Assembly: GCA_050273025.1 (NCBI GenBank)
Contig: CP158636.1
Location: 1,798,001 to 1,862,000, forward strand
Reading direction: 5' to 3'
Length of the DNA: 64,000 nt
DNA from: Cenococcum geophilum
Lineage: Eukaryota
A program made the position numbers and the translations under genes. Below the pieces are notes generated by a model, which was given only the letters and a program-made list of their open reading frames with translations, did no database searches and was not told the DNA's origin. Positions 34,936 through 46,800 of the stretch are shown piece after piece (position 1 is the stretch's first letter; every line of letters starts with the position of its first letter).

Positions 34936-37900
34936 ATATTAACTCTATATCTATTTTAAGATACTATATATAAAAATATAAAATGCTTTCCACCTATTAA
35001 CTAACTAAGATTAATTTCTTTAAAATCAATAGGGTACCCTAGGGGGGAGTCTTTCTCTAGGGTTCTTCTTTTCCCAACTTATTAGACGTTTCTCCTTCCT
35101 CCATCTCCTTAATATTACTTATATCCTTTAGCTCCGGGCAGAACAAGACAAAGTAACCCTACTTATCGCAGTTAAAGTATATAGCTAAGGCAGGGTTAAT
35201 CGGAGTATTACGGTAAATATTAGTTAATAGCGTAGTATATAACTAGTCGGGCGAGGCTCGCCAGTGCGTAGTTATAACCGCCTTTAGTATAAGAGTAGTT
35301 ATAACTTATCTTCCTGCTTTAGCTCCTATAGGTATAGCTAGTAAGTTCCAATTATTATAGAGTTGCTTCTGTTAATTAGGGCGGGCGTTAATCCGCTTTA
35401 GTTCTAAGTCTAATAATAAGTAATAAGCTGCGAGTCTTTTATAGGTTAGTAGGTTATTTAAGGTTATAGCGATCTTTTCTTATAGCCGGATTATTAGCTT
35501 ATTATATAGGTCTAATTGGTAGTTTTTAAGGGGAACCTAGCCTTCTCCTATAAGGTATAGGAATTAAGTCTATAATTTAGTAAAGGGTTAATTTAGTTTT
35601 ATTATTAGGCGATTATAGTCATAACGGGCATCCTAAACTTTGTTTAGGTTAACATAGATAGCCGCGAAGTGCCGTATTATCTTATTAATAAATATAAATT
35701 GGATAGGGAAGTCATCTTCAAACTTAGCTTAAAGGTGCTGTTAGGCGTCCCTAATAGTTCGACTAAAAAGGTAGAGCATTTTAGCTTCTTTAGAAAGGAA
35801 GTAGTTATAGTTAACGCGGAGCTTTCCTTATACTTAAATCCTCCAATTCTTAAAGGTAGGGTCTATCCCGTTAGATAGTGGTAGGGGGTTAGGGAGCTTA
35901 ATAAACTTTAATTACTTCGTTATTATATCCGTACTCCCTAGTATATCGCATTTAGTAAAGTAAATAGGTCGGCTAGGGCTTTAAAAAGGGGAAGCTAGGC
36001 TATTTTATAGGGCCGTAAGGCTTTCTAGGATCTCTTATAGGGTCTCTTATATATTTCTCGCTTTAAGACAATTAGCTTCCTAGCTAGCTATAAGGGCGCA
36101 AATCTGCTCGCGTACGTCTATAACGTTATTATTATCTTTAATTTCTAATCCTAATTAGATCTTAGGTTCCTCTTAGGTAGAGGCAGCTCTCTTAAATAAG
36201 CTTACTTTAGGTGCCATTATTAGCTTCCTAAAATTTATCGGTATTATATACTTTAGTTTTAATTCTGGGGGTATAGGTCTAGTCCTATCTAGCTTATAAG
36301 GTAGGATATTATCCAGGCCTTCCTAGGTAATATAGAGTTGTTTAGTATCTAAGTATAGTGCGTTAATGCGTTATTATAGACGAAGTTACTTTAGGGTGGG
36401 ATATTATTAAGGCCTTCCCAGGTAAGGTAGGGAGAGCTTAGTATAATGTTACGGCTTGTATAAATGCCTCTAAACTAAAGCTTATAGAATGCTGTATTAC
36501 GAAGATACTAAGCTAAAGAGAAGGAAAAGGGGTTGCTAGGACCGATGTAAACAAATATATAGGGTAAGCCGCCAAGGCGCTAGCTTTAGGCGGGCTAATC
36601 ACAGGTTAGCAGAATATGGCAGAATTTAGCAGGTAACGTGCGATAGCGCCGTTACACTTAATATCTCATATATTATGTAATCGTATTATAAATATTATAA
36701 TATATTTTAAGTTTTTTTTAATTTTAAGCTTTCTACTATCGTGTTTTATATATTCGTATTAGGTGGCAATTATTTACTTTTATATTGTGTCTATTTAGCT
36801 AAAGTAGGCTATAAAGGATAGTCCTTATAGAATTCTTTTACTAGGGAAGGCGTATTGGTTTTAATTTACTTATAAGGTTCCTAAGTTTATATCTTATATT
36901 CTTTCTATTTAATAAGAAGATTAAATTATTTAGACTATATCTTCTATTATATATTATTAATTAAGTTAATAAAGTAAGAACTATTACTATTATTAATAAT
37001 TACGAGAGGTAGTAATAGTACTTCGCAAGTTATAGGTTTACCTTTTAAGGGTTATAGTAAGTTTACGTAAAATATCGGATGTATTTTTATTATAGTTAGT
37101 AGTTTAAGCTTATAAGTATATAGGCTTAGTTTCTTCTTAATTTGATATAGGCCCGTAAACTTTTAGTCTAGTTTCTTTAAGGGTTATTAAGTTTTTAAGT
37201 TTTATATATTTAGGTAAACTATATTACCTTCCTTAAAGTCCTATATAGAAGCTCGTCCTTTATTTATATACCATTTCTATACCGTTTAAGTGTATATTAA
37301 TTTACTTTATAATAGTTCCGTGTAACGGGACTAGCCTAGTTATAGTAGGAATGTCTTAGTGAAACACTCGATAGATAAATTCCAACGCTTTGATTAAAGT
37401 CTGCTAGATTAATTAAATTACCGAAGTCTATTAAAGTCCGTGTGCGTATATACGCACGCATCGACCACTAAGCCCCTAACTATTTAATTATATAATTCTC
37501 TTATTATTCCTTTCTCTTCTTTACGCAACGTCTTGTTCTTAGCGAGAGCTATATACCCTTAGATTTAGATAGAATTTATATTATTCCTTTAAATCTTCCC
37601 TAAAGTCTCTTCGCGCCCTTATATTACGTTACATTAATATTAATACCCTTAAAATAGTAAACAAACTTAAATCCGCCACGTTAACTATTATAGCCCTAGT
37701 TAGGAAATAAATAACTATAATATAATAGTCCTTTATAGATGCCTTAGCCTAGTAATAAACTATACTAAAAGCTTAGTATTAGTAATTAATTAAAGTAATA
37801 CGCAAAGAACTCTACGATGCTAAAGTGCTTACATTAGAAACCCTAATAATAATACCTATAAACGAAATTAAAATAACTATATATAAACCCAACCCATTAA

Positions 37901-39838
37901 ATATAAACCCTAAACTAGTAATAGTAGCTTAACCTATATCTATAATAAACCTAATATCTACCATAAAATCTAAAAAGCTCCTTAACCCTTTAATATTTAA
38001 TAGAAATTAAAATAACCTATATCCCTTTATAACTAAGCTCCGTCTTAAACTTTTAATAAACTATAACTAATACCCTACTAAAGCTAGTAAGATTAGCTAT
38101 AGAATATCTTATTTAAGTAAAGACGCTATATAAACTATAGACCCATTCTTCCATAATAGCACCTTTGTTAATTTTAAAATCTTTATCTCTCTATTAAAAT
38201 AAATATATAATAATACTAGCCGCGAACATACAGCTATTACTAAACTTAAAAACATATAATAACGGAACTAAGACTTTACTAGCTTCTTTTTGGAATTTTT
38301 AGGCTTTATTAGTAAACTAGATTAGAATAAAGCCGCTAGAGTTACTGCTCTCCGTTAAGCTATTTTAGATAAAATTAGAGTATAGTTAGTAGGTAAAGAA
38401 CTACTAAAAGATTTACCCAAATTTACTATAATATATTAACGAATTAATAAAGACCTCTAATATAATAAGTAGACTTATTCTCTAAAGCCAACTATATTTT
38501 ATATTTAAAACTCTATAAAACTAATATATACCTTAAAGCGCCACCTGTCTCTAAGACCTAAAAGCCCTATATATAACCCTATAGACCTTAATGCTACTTA
38601 ATCCTATATACTCTTAGGAACTAATAAATAAAGAATATAAGCTGTAAATGGAGAATGTTTTAGATACGGAAAAAAGGGATATATTTAAAGGGATTACCAA
38701 ACTTACTCTTTTAAAAAGGTCCGCTATAGCTTCTCTTAGTCCTTAAGTCGCACTTATTCTATAAATTATACTTAGTTACTGTAGAGCGTCTTACCTTTAG
38801 TTAACTTAGAAAATGAATTATTTTAGGGCTAAGTTACGCCTTAGGATAGGAAGTAGAAGAGTATAAGTATCTAGGCTCTTTTAGCGCTAATATATAACAC
38901 AACTCCCTTAATATACTTAGTGAAATTTAAATACTTAAAAAATAGAAGAAAGTATAAATCCTTATAAATAGTGGAGCCACTAGTATAGGCTTTATTAATA
39001 TAAACTACGCGAAAACTTAACGCTTAAATTTAAAGAAACTTAATAAGCCCTAAGGCCTATAAGGCTTTAATAGTAAGCCTTTAATATATAGTAAACTAAC
39101 GCACTATACTCTTATAAAGATATAGATAAGCAAACACCTTAAATATATCTCCCTATTTATAATACCCTTAAAGCATTATAAGGTAATACTTAGATATAGA
39201 TAACTAAAACAATACAATCCTTTAATTAGCTGGGTTAAAGAAATACTAAAATTCCGTATAACCTACTGCTAAAGTTATTACTTAAAATACTACTTACCCT
39301 ATAAATATATATATAATTATTTAAATTTAATATAATATAAATTACCCTTACTATAAACCTTAAACTAATATAATAAAGTTATAACTACTAATTATAGTAA
39401 AGAATGCAAAGATAATATATTAAAACCCCTTAAAATTTATATAGTATAAGCCGCACCCTTTTATTTATTAGTAAGAAAATAAGACTATAAGATCTTTACT
39501 ATAAAGTAATATATTAACCCCTAACCTCTTATACCTAAAGAATATTATAATCTAATTAATATATTTAAGAAACAATTTATAAACTAACTACCCCTATAAG
39601 TATAATTTTAAAATAGAACTTAAACTTAGTATAATGCTAAAGTTCGGCCTATTATACGGTATGTTATTGTTCGTACTAACTTAATAGCACGAGTGAGTCA
39701 GATCCAGGGGCACGAAATACGTGTAGTATTGTATGCTCTTTTGGATAATGGTGACTGTCGATTGTATGAAGCAGACTACGTGGTCTATATACTGATGCAC
39801 CTCCCCCCTAATTAGTTAGTGCTTTATAAGTGCACCAG

Positions 39839-39910
39839 ACGCGTAAGCGAGTGGTTGGTGCACTGAACGCGTAAACGCGTACCTGGTGTACCGAACGCGT
39901 AAGCACGCGT
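39839..39910. promoter_or_regulatory. Cluster of five ACGCGT (MCB-like) boxes in nested hairpins in the U3 part of the Copia LTR; also present in the other three C LTRs
   Basis: ACGCGT at 39839, 39867, 39875, 39895 and 39905. Confidence 0.6.
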
Positions 39911-42900
39911 TTGGTACAACAGGTGCTGTAATTATACACTGGCAGTACTTGAAAAATGAAACCACCTGTATACAGCCTCCGTAATTGCTTTAATAAAACT
40001 ATAGAACACAAAGGAAAATACATAGGAAATCTCCCCTCCCGAGGTGCCTTCTGGGCTGCCTTCCAAACGGTACTCCGAGCGTAGATGCTCCGTCAGTCTC
40101 GTTCCACCCATTCCGTGACTTCTAGGTTAAGCTTATTTATGTTAATTATGGTTTTAAGGACTTGACACGGCTTTGCCTTAGTCATGGCGTCTACTAGGTT
40201 GTTTCCGCCGCTGATCTATTTAACCTTCGCAATTTCACGTCGTTCGTAGGCCTGATGTAAGCACATTAGGTTGACTATAAGCCTCTTTTCTTATGTCGTA
40301 CCTAGTTTAACTAGGCAGTCGTAGAGGGACTTTAAATCGGTGCATAAAACCAGGGGTAACTACTTTAGTTATAGAATCTTTTGGACCGTTAATTTAATTG
40401 CAGCTACTATATTAAAACTGTAAGCTAGTGTATATAGTTTAAAAGCTAGTATACTATAGGTTACTTATTTGCACTTAATTAAAGACTAATATAGTATATT
40501 TATGTCCTAATTATGGTCCGTAAGTATAATTACGAAGCTAATTTATAATAATAGGTCTCTGTTATTAGTAAAGAAGGCGTCCATAAATACCAGTAAGCTA
40601 AGGGAACTTAGGTCTAGTGGTACAAAAGTAAGTCCCCTTACTACATTATTAATTTGCCACTAAATGCGCTTATTAAGCTGCTTAATATTTTCTTCTTGCA
40701 GATCTACTACCTAGGCCGTAAAGGACAAATTATAGGCAGATTTGGGTTGGCAGACTATAGCAATATAGGCGCCTCTTACACGCTATATAGCGTATTAGTC
40801 CTTTATATTTATAGTCTTATAGGTCTCTTCGCGGGAACTAGTAAGGTCCGTAGGCTTTACTATAATAAGCTTTAGGTTTTAAGCTTAGCGTTTCTAGGTT
40901 AGCTAGATTAAGTTACCCTTTTATATAATTAAGCCTCCGTTAAACTTAATTAGAGTCTACTTAGTTAACTACTCTTACGGCTTTGCTAGGAACTTAGCTT
41001 CTTATAGTTTAGTCTCTTTAGCGTCCACAAATGTCCGGTCTACTAAGAAGAGGGTATTATTTATTTAGAGTCCAATAATACTAAGGCCGTTTAATGGGCT
41101 GTATAGGAGGTAGGGGTTATAGGTTAACTGTTCTATTTTAAGTTTACTAACGTAGTGCTAGTAGTATATCTTAAACCAATAGTTTCTAGCTTCTAGTACT
41201 CCGTAAAGAGGTTTTATAACCTATAAAATTATTCCTAGTTATAGGTTAAGCTTATAGGGTAGTCGTATAAAGATATCCCTACTTAGGTAGGTATTTAACT
41301 ACATATAGGCTTATAAGATATCCCGTAAGTATAGGGCTATAGGCTTAGTTTACTGTAGTTTAGGCGTAAGTATAAGTATAATCCGTTAACTAACTTATTA
41401 AATTATAGGTAATTATATAAGGACTAAGTTCTTTCCCTAGTTATTATAAGCTTATATAATAAGCCTTAACTTTTTAAAGGCTTTGTTAGTACTAGGGTGC
41501 TTAATTTTGTTAATAAAGCGTAAGTTAAATATACGGACGCCTTACGGAACGTTTTTCTCCATTATAACCGTAAAGACGCCCTTCTTAAGTAGTCCGTTAA
41601 TCTCTTTACGTCGTAAGTTTGTAAAAGGGGTTTCCTATACTAGAACTAATATATCCATAGGTAGAGATTGCCTTGCGGATATTTCTGCGGAGGTTAGGTA
41701 ATTTTCTATTACGGTGTTCTTAGTTATGGGGTGCTTTCAGGGGCGTCCTTAACTACGCTTTATAGTAGGTTTAGTAGGTTTCTAGGGGACTTCTAAGGTA
41801 GGTAGGGGTGCTTCTAGTTTATCTAGTTCGGCGGGTGCTTCTAGTTCGTCTAGCTTGACGTCATAGGTGTTTTCGGGCCGAAAGTAGGGTTTTACGGACG
41901 TGCTCCTAAAGCTGGTCAGTCCGCTAGGGAGTTGTACATAGCACGTTTCGTTTTCTACGGCTAGTAAATAGTAAGGTCCTGTCTAGTTGCCGCTTTTACG
42001 CTATATAAGGACTTTAGAATTAAGCGGGAGGTTATAAACTAAGGTTATATTAGGTCCGTTGCGGTAATATAGGGCGCTATTAACAGCTTGTTTGGCCCGT
42101 AATTTAACTATTTCAGCTATTACCTTCCGTATTGCAGCTACTCGTTCCGTAATAGACGGGGCAGAAGGGCCTAGGTTACTTATCCTTAAGTAGGCTTTAT
42201 AAACCAAAAGGGTAGGTACTAATCCGTTAGGGCTAGCGGTGTTATTAACGGCTTTTATAGCCATCTATAAAGCCAGTTCCTTTTAAATGTCCTTATACTC
42301 GTCTATAATAATCTAGTAAGCTCTCTATAGAGCTAAGTAAGCTCGCTTAATAAGCCTAATAAACTAATACGTCTTAACTGGAACAGCTTTTGTTAATATA
42401 GCTATAGCCATAGTATACTACTAGAATTCCTTACTAATAAAGTTCCTACCGGCGTTATAGGTAATATACTGCGGAGGTCCAACATATGTATTAATCTAGC
42501 AGGTCCGTAAAATATCCCAAGTATATTTTACGGATATATTTTGCAACTAACAGGCGGCTTAGTAGCGGGTTGCCTTATTAATTATATATAATACTAGACT
42601 GCCGTTAATGTATATAATGTTTACGTACACTAAGTAGTTAAAGTTAAGGTCCTTATAAAGGGTGAACTTAAATCGGCCTAGGGAACGTCCGTATTTCTAG
42701 CAGAAGGAGCAGTATTTAGTTAGGTAATTAACTGCCTTCCTATTGACGTCATGTCCAAAGCGTTTAAGGACTCTATATAGCTTTTTAGCTAATAGGTAGC
42801 CGAAACGGTGGTGCAGATAGTAGATCTCCGTACTAGTAAGGTAGCATAGGTAATAGTCAAAGGATTCCTAAATATACATCTATAGAGTCTCTCCCTATAT

Positions 42901-45524
42901 AAGGAACGGGTGTCTAAATTGTTATATAATTAGTAGGGTAACATGCTTGCTTTCTAAGGCAGTTAGCGGGCTAATTAGGGTATCCGTAACATTGTTATAG
43001 TATACCTATAACCTATCTATATCCGTAAGGCAAAGTAGGAAAGGAGTATCTGCTTTTACTACGTGGAAGTCAACTAGGCCAATTAGAGTCTTAACTGCAA
43101 CTAATCCAATTAATAAGGTTAAGCCGATGCTAAACTAGACATTTACGGCCCTAGTCTACGTAGTATTAATATCCGCATTATTATTTGTGGTGGCCTTATA
43201 TATAAGGTATTGCCCATAGCCTATAGTAGACTTCTTAGAGGCATCTATATCAATTATAACGCCGTAGAATTCCTTAGGGGTATAGCGTTCCGTAGTGATA
43301 TATACAAATAGGTCCTACTTATAATCTATAACGTCCGTAACAGGGGTACTTACGGAATGTTTTTTAGGCGTAACTAAGTGTATAAAGAAACGGTTGGCTA
43401 ATACGGTCGTAATATTAAAGGCTTAGCTATCCGTAAAAGGTCCAAAAGTAGTTAGAAATGTCTCTAAGGTCTCTTATTCCTAAGCGTTTAAGTTAAAGTT
43501 AATTATAAGGGCTTCTATTAACTTATTAAGGGGCTCTTCTACTTTCTCTCCTTCGTATTTTAAAATAAACTAGTTAATACGGCTATTAAGTCTTTTTCTA
43601 GACTTGTTATATTCTTCCCGGGTATACCTTATAAACTAATATCCTTCCTTACCACACACAAAGCACTTCTAGCTAGTTTGTCTATAGGGGTATATTTTTA
43701 TACAGGGGTTGCTACGGGGGTTACGGGGACTTGGTCGGTACAGGTGCTACTAGCGGTAACGGCGGTCCGTAAAGTAGACATCTAAGTCTGTTTGCGGATA
43801 TTAAATATCCGTAGTAAAGGCTTAAGTACTGCCCGGTGGGTTTAAGACTTCGTACGTTATAATAGAGGAGCGTAAATTATTAATAAGGCCAGCTAAGGTG
43901 TTTATAAGCTTATAATAGGCGTATTTACAGGGCTCTACTTCCTAGTAGGCCGTAATAAGTTTGTTATACAGAAAGTCGTCTATTTAAAGCTTAGCGTTAA
44001 GGCCGTGCTATAGGTGCTAGAGGTCTTTAATAAGAATTTGCAGGCACTCTATAGTCAATTTTTTAATATTCTTATTAATTACGGTCCGTAGCTTGGTCGC
44101 ATTCCATTAGGTAAGGATATTACGCTTATATTCCAGTCCTTTAAAGTAATTATAGGTAGCTTTATATAGCTTATTAAAGGGAACACCAAGGGGGTTGCTC
44201 TTAAGGTTAGTATAATAGTAGTTAAGTACTAGGCCACGCAGTATGGTAGAGTAGGCTTAGCTAAATTCCTATTTAGGAATATCAGCCTTCTAGCAAAGGT
44301 CCGTAAAGATGGTCAGTTTAAAGTTAAAGTTATCGTTTTTACCGCTATACTTAGATTCGTCGGTATAGAGCTTAGCTAGGTTAGCTAGCTCCTTGCCGTA
44401 GGTCTTTACTTAAATAGGTTGCGGATCTATAACTTGCGGATATATAGCTTGCGGATATATAGTTTACGGATATATAGCTTGCAGATCTATAACTTAGGCA
44501 GGTTATAGATCTATAACTTTGGTGACGGAAGGGTTTTAGTCCGTATTTTGGTTTACGGGGGTATTACGGTCCGTAACTTAGGTACTAGGTATGCTTTAGC
44601 CCGTAAGATTAATTCCAAAATTGCTTAGGTTTATAGGACGAATTTAGTTAAGTAGGTTAGGTATAAGGCTAGCAATACTATTAAGTTTAGGAGAAGCAGA
44701 GAGATTATTAGTGGCTTTAACCTAGTCTAGGATTTTCTCTTTAGTCTATTCCGTTTGGTCCTTCTTCTATATTGTGTTGTATAAGAACCGTATAATAGTA
44801 ACTCGTTTATCCTTTTTAACCTATATACCTTAGTAATATAAAAGGGTTTATAGGTTATAGATAGTAGTAGGGTTATAAGCCTTAAGAATAGCTTCCGTAA
44901 AGTCCGCAAAGTCTTCCTTATATTACTCCTATAGGTCGTCGTTTAGAAGCTTATAGTGTCCGTATTTAAGGATTTTGAAATTAATATAGTCGTTAACGTC
45001 GTCCATAGACGTGAGGTTGACTCCTTAGCTCTACTTCTTTTGACCTTTACTAATTTGCTTGCTTATATCTACTATATTATATAGCGTTGTATATCTATAT
45101 AAGCTGTAGCGGGTCGTAGTAGCTTATAGCGGGTAGAGGAGGTCTTGTAACGGTCTGTAAAATCGATTAGCGGGTCCATAACAGTTTAAGGGGTCTTATA
45201 GTGGTCCGTAAAGGCGATTAACGGGTCCGTAACGGTTCGTAGAAGGGTAGGGGTCTCCGTAAGGGGTCCGAAAAGAGGTCGGGGGTATTAAGGGAGGGTG
45301 TAGTAGGAATAGGGGTTTAAGGTTCGAAGAGGGTTGAGGATAGGGGGTTCCGTAAAGGTCTGTATTCGCGTCTATAACTTCCGGTAAACCGTACTAAGAC
45401 TTAAATAAGTATATAGAGTTAGTGATAGTCCGTAATCCCCGACTTCCGACCTTCTAGCAGGTCGTACTAGGAGTCTAAACGGGTGGTCGCTGTCGTGTAT
45501 TGCTCGGGGGAGGTGTCGAGTGAT

Positions 45525-46800
45525 TTATCTCAGTAAGCGACTCAGACGGCAAGGGCAAACTGAAGGCGCACTCACTAATACTAAAATATCACTAGTTTCC
45601 ATCCTAAAAAACGCCACTTTTTTTTAACCAATCAGCTATCCACCGACCTTAAGTTTGCCCTGCCGTCTGAGGGCCTTTAGTGCGAGTTTTGGTGAAGCTC
45701 AACTCAAATTTTCGCGATTTTGTATGAGAGACACTTTCACCTGTATATTTGACTCCCCAACAACACCTATTTAACCTAATAAGCTGACGAGTCACATTAG
45801 ACCAGTCTCCTTTATAATCGATTACTTTTTTATGATCGGAATATCACTTCCTCACGAGCTACGCGCTTCTAGTATTTAGGTAAACACCAACGCGTCCCCA
45901 GCTAATGCAGCACTAGACGTCATATAATTGTCTTTATAAACGTCTCTATAAACGTCTCTACGAATAGCTCTACAATTGCCTATATAATCGTCCGTACGAA
46001 CGTTTCCACCATCGTCTCTAAACGCCTGCGCGAACGTCTGCACGAACGCTTGCACGAACGCCTGCACGAACGCTTGCACGAACGCCTGCACAAATGCCTA
46101 CAGGAACGTCTGCACGAACGTCCGCACGAACGTCCGCACAAAGCTCTGCACGACGCTCTGCTCAAAGCTCTACTCAAGGCTCTACACAAGGCTCTGCTCG
46201 AAGCTCTGCTCGAAGCTCTGCTCGAAGCTCTGCTCGAAGCTCTGCTCGAAGCTCTGCTCGAAGCTCTGCTCGAAGCTCTGCTCGAAGCTCTGCTCGAAGC
46301 TCTATTGAAGCTCTGCTCAAGGCTCTATCGAAGCTCTACTTGAAGCTTTACTCGAAGCTCTATCGAAGCTTTGTTGGGTTTGGGGGGTGGGGGGGTCGGG
46401 GGGGGGGCTCCAGGCGAGGCTCACGAGTCGACCCAAAAAAGTCACTCTACGTTTTTCTACCTGTAATTTAACAATTTACTTTTATACTATAAGGTTTTTA
46501 TATAAATATTCTTAAAAAATAGCTTCAGTTATATAATCGATTAGATTTTTAAAAATATATTATTTAGGATAGAGGTAGGGCATTTAAAAAGGTAAAAAAA
46601 TATTTTAGTCTTGAATCGACCCTCCTATAATTTTGCACCAAAGGCCCTCAGACGGCAAACAAGACAGCGCTTAAAAGTACAGGGGTTATATAACGCTAGC
46701 AGGGGTTAAATAAAGCTAGTAGGGGTTTTATATAAAGCTATACTAGTTAAGTACTAGTGAGATTTATCTCGTTTGCCGTCTGAGTCGCTTACTAAGATAA
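45525..46800. mobile_element. Non-autonomous TIR DNA element D (1276 bp); 28-bp TIR TTATCTCAGTAAGCGACTCAGACGGCAA; 8-bp (possibly 9-bp) TSD CGAGTGAT
   Basis: TSD at 45517-45524 and 46801-46808. The equivalent site in C2 (~56760) is empty. No transposase recognised. Confidence 0.9.
46018..46370. repeat. 12-bp-period minisatellite inside D (GCACGAACGYCT grading into GCTCGAAGCTCT)
   Basis: Tandem units read directly; they produce the spurious LHER/LLEA/SARS ORFs. Confidence 0.9.

Larger units (their letters stand above)
24100..36656 (-). mobile_element. Full-length Gypsy chromovirus B (gag-PR-RT-RH-IN-chromo), RIP-inactivated; 210-bp LTRs 24100-24309 and 36447-36656; TSD CTTAA; hosts element E
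   Basis: Matching TGTTACGGC...GCC(A/G)TTACA LTRs. CTTAA at 24095-24099 and 36657-36661. PPT GAGGGGGGTGA. Chromodomain ~24770-24920, YLDNILIY ~27100, protease ALIDTG relic ~28550, zinc knuckle ~35170. Confidence 0.93.
23488..37320 (-). mobile_element. Gypsy chromovirus A1, 3' part only: 3' LTR 23488-23831, 3' UTR 23832-24099 and 36662-~36800, chromodomain/integrase C-terminus to 37320; hosts element B
   Basis: The LTR is the reverse complement of LTR 37321-37623. PPT AAAAGGGGGGGTAC abuts it on the minus strand. De-RIPed KLDQKFTGPY..HPIFHVNLL..LLVKWEGYE..WEP lies at 36850-37180. Confidence 0.8.

Noticed and set aside
22760..44520. ATATCCGC-type short tandem repeats in three elements (~22765, ~30750, ~44430)
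   Set aside because: They are 9- or 18-bp in-frame coding repeats, and the similarity is plausibly RIP-driven convergence.
45876..46471. ORFs with AFVQ, LHER/LLEA and SARS repeats
   Set aside because: All are translations of the stop-free 12-bp minisatellite inside element D.
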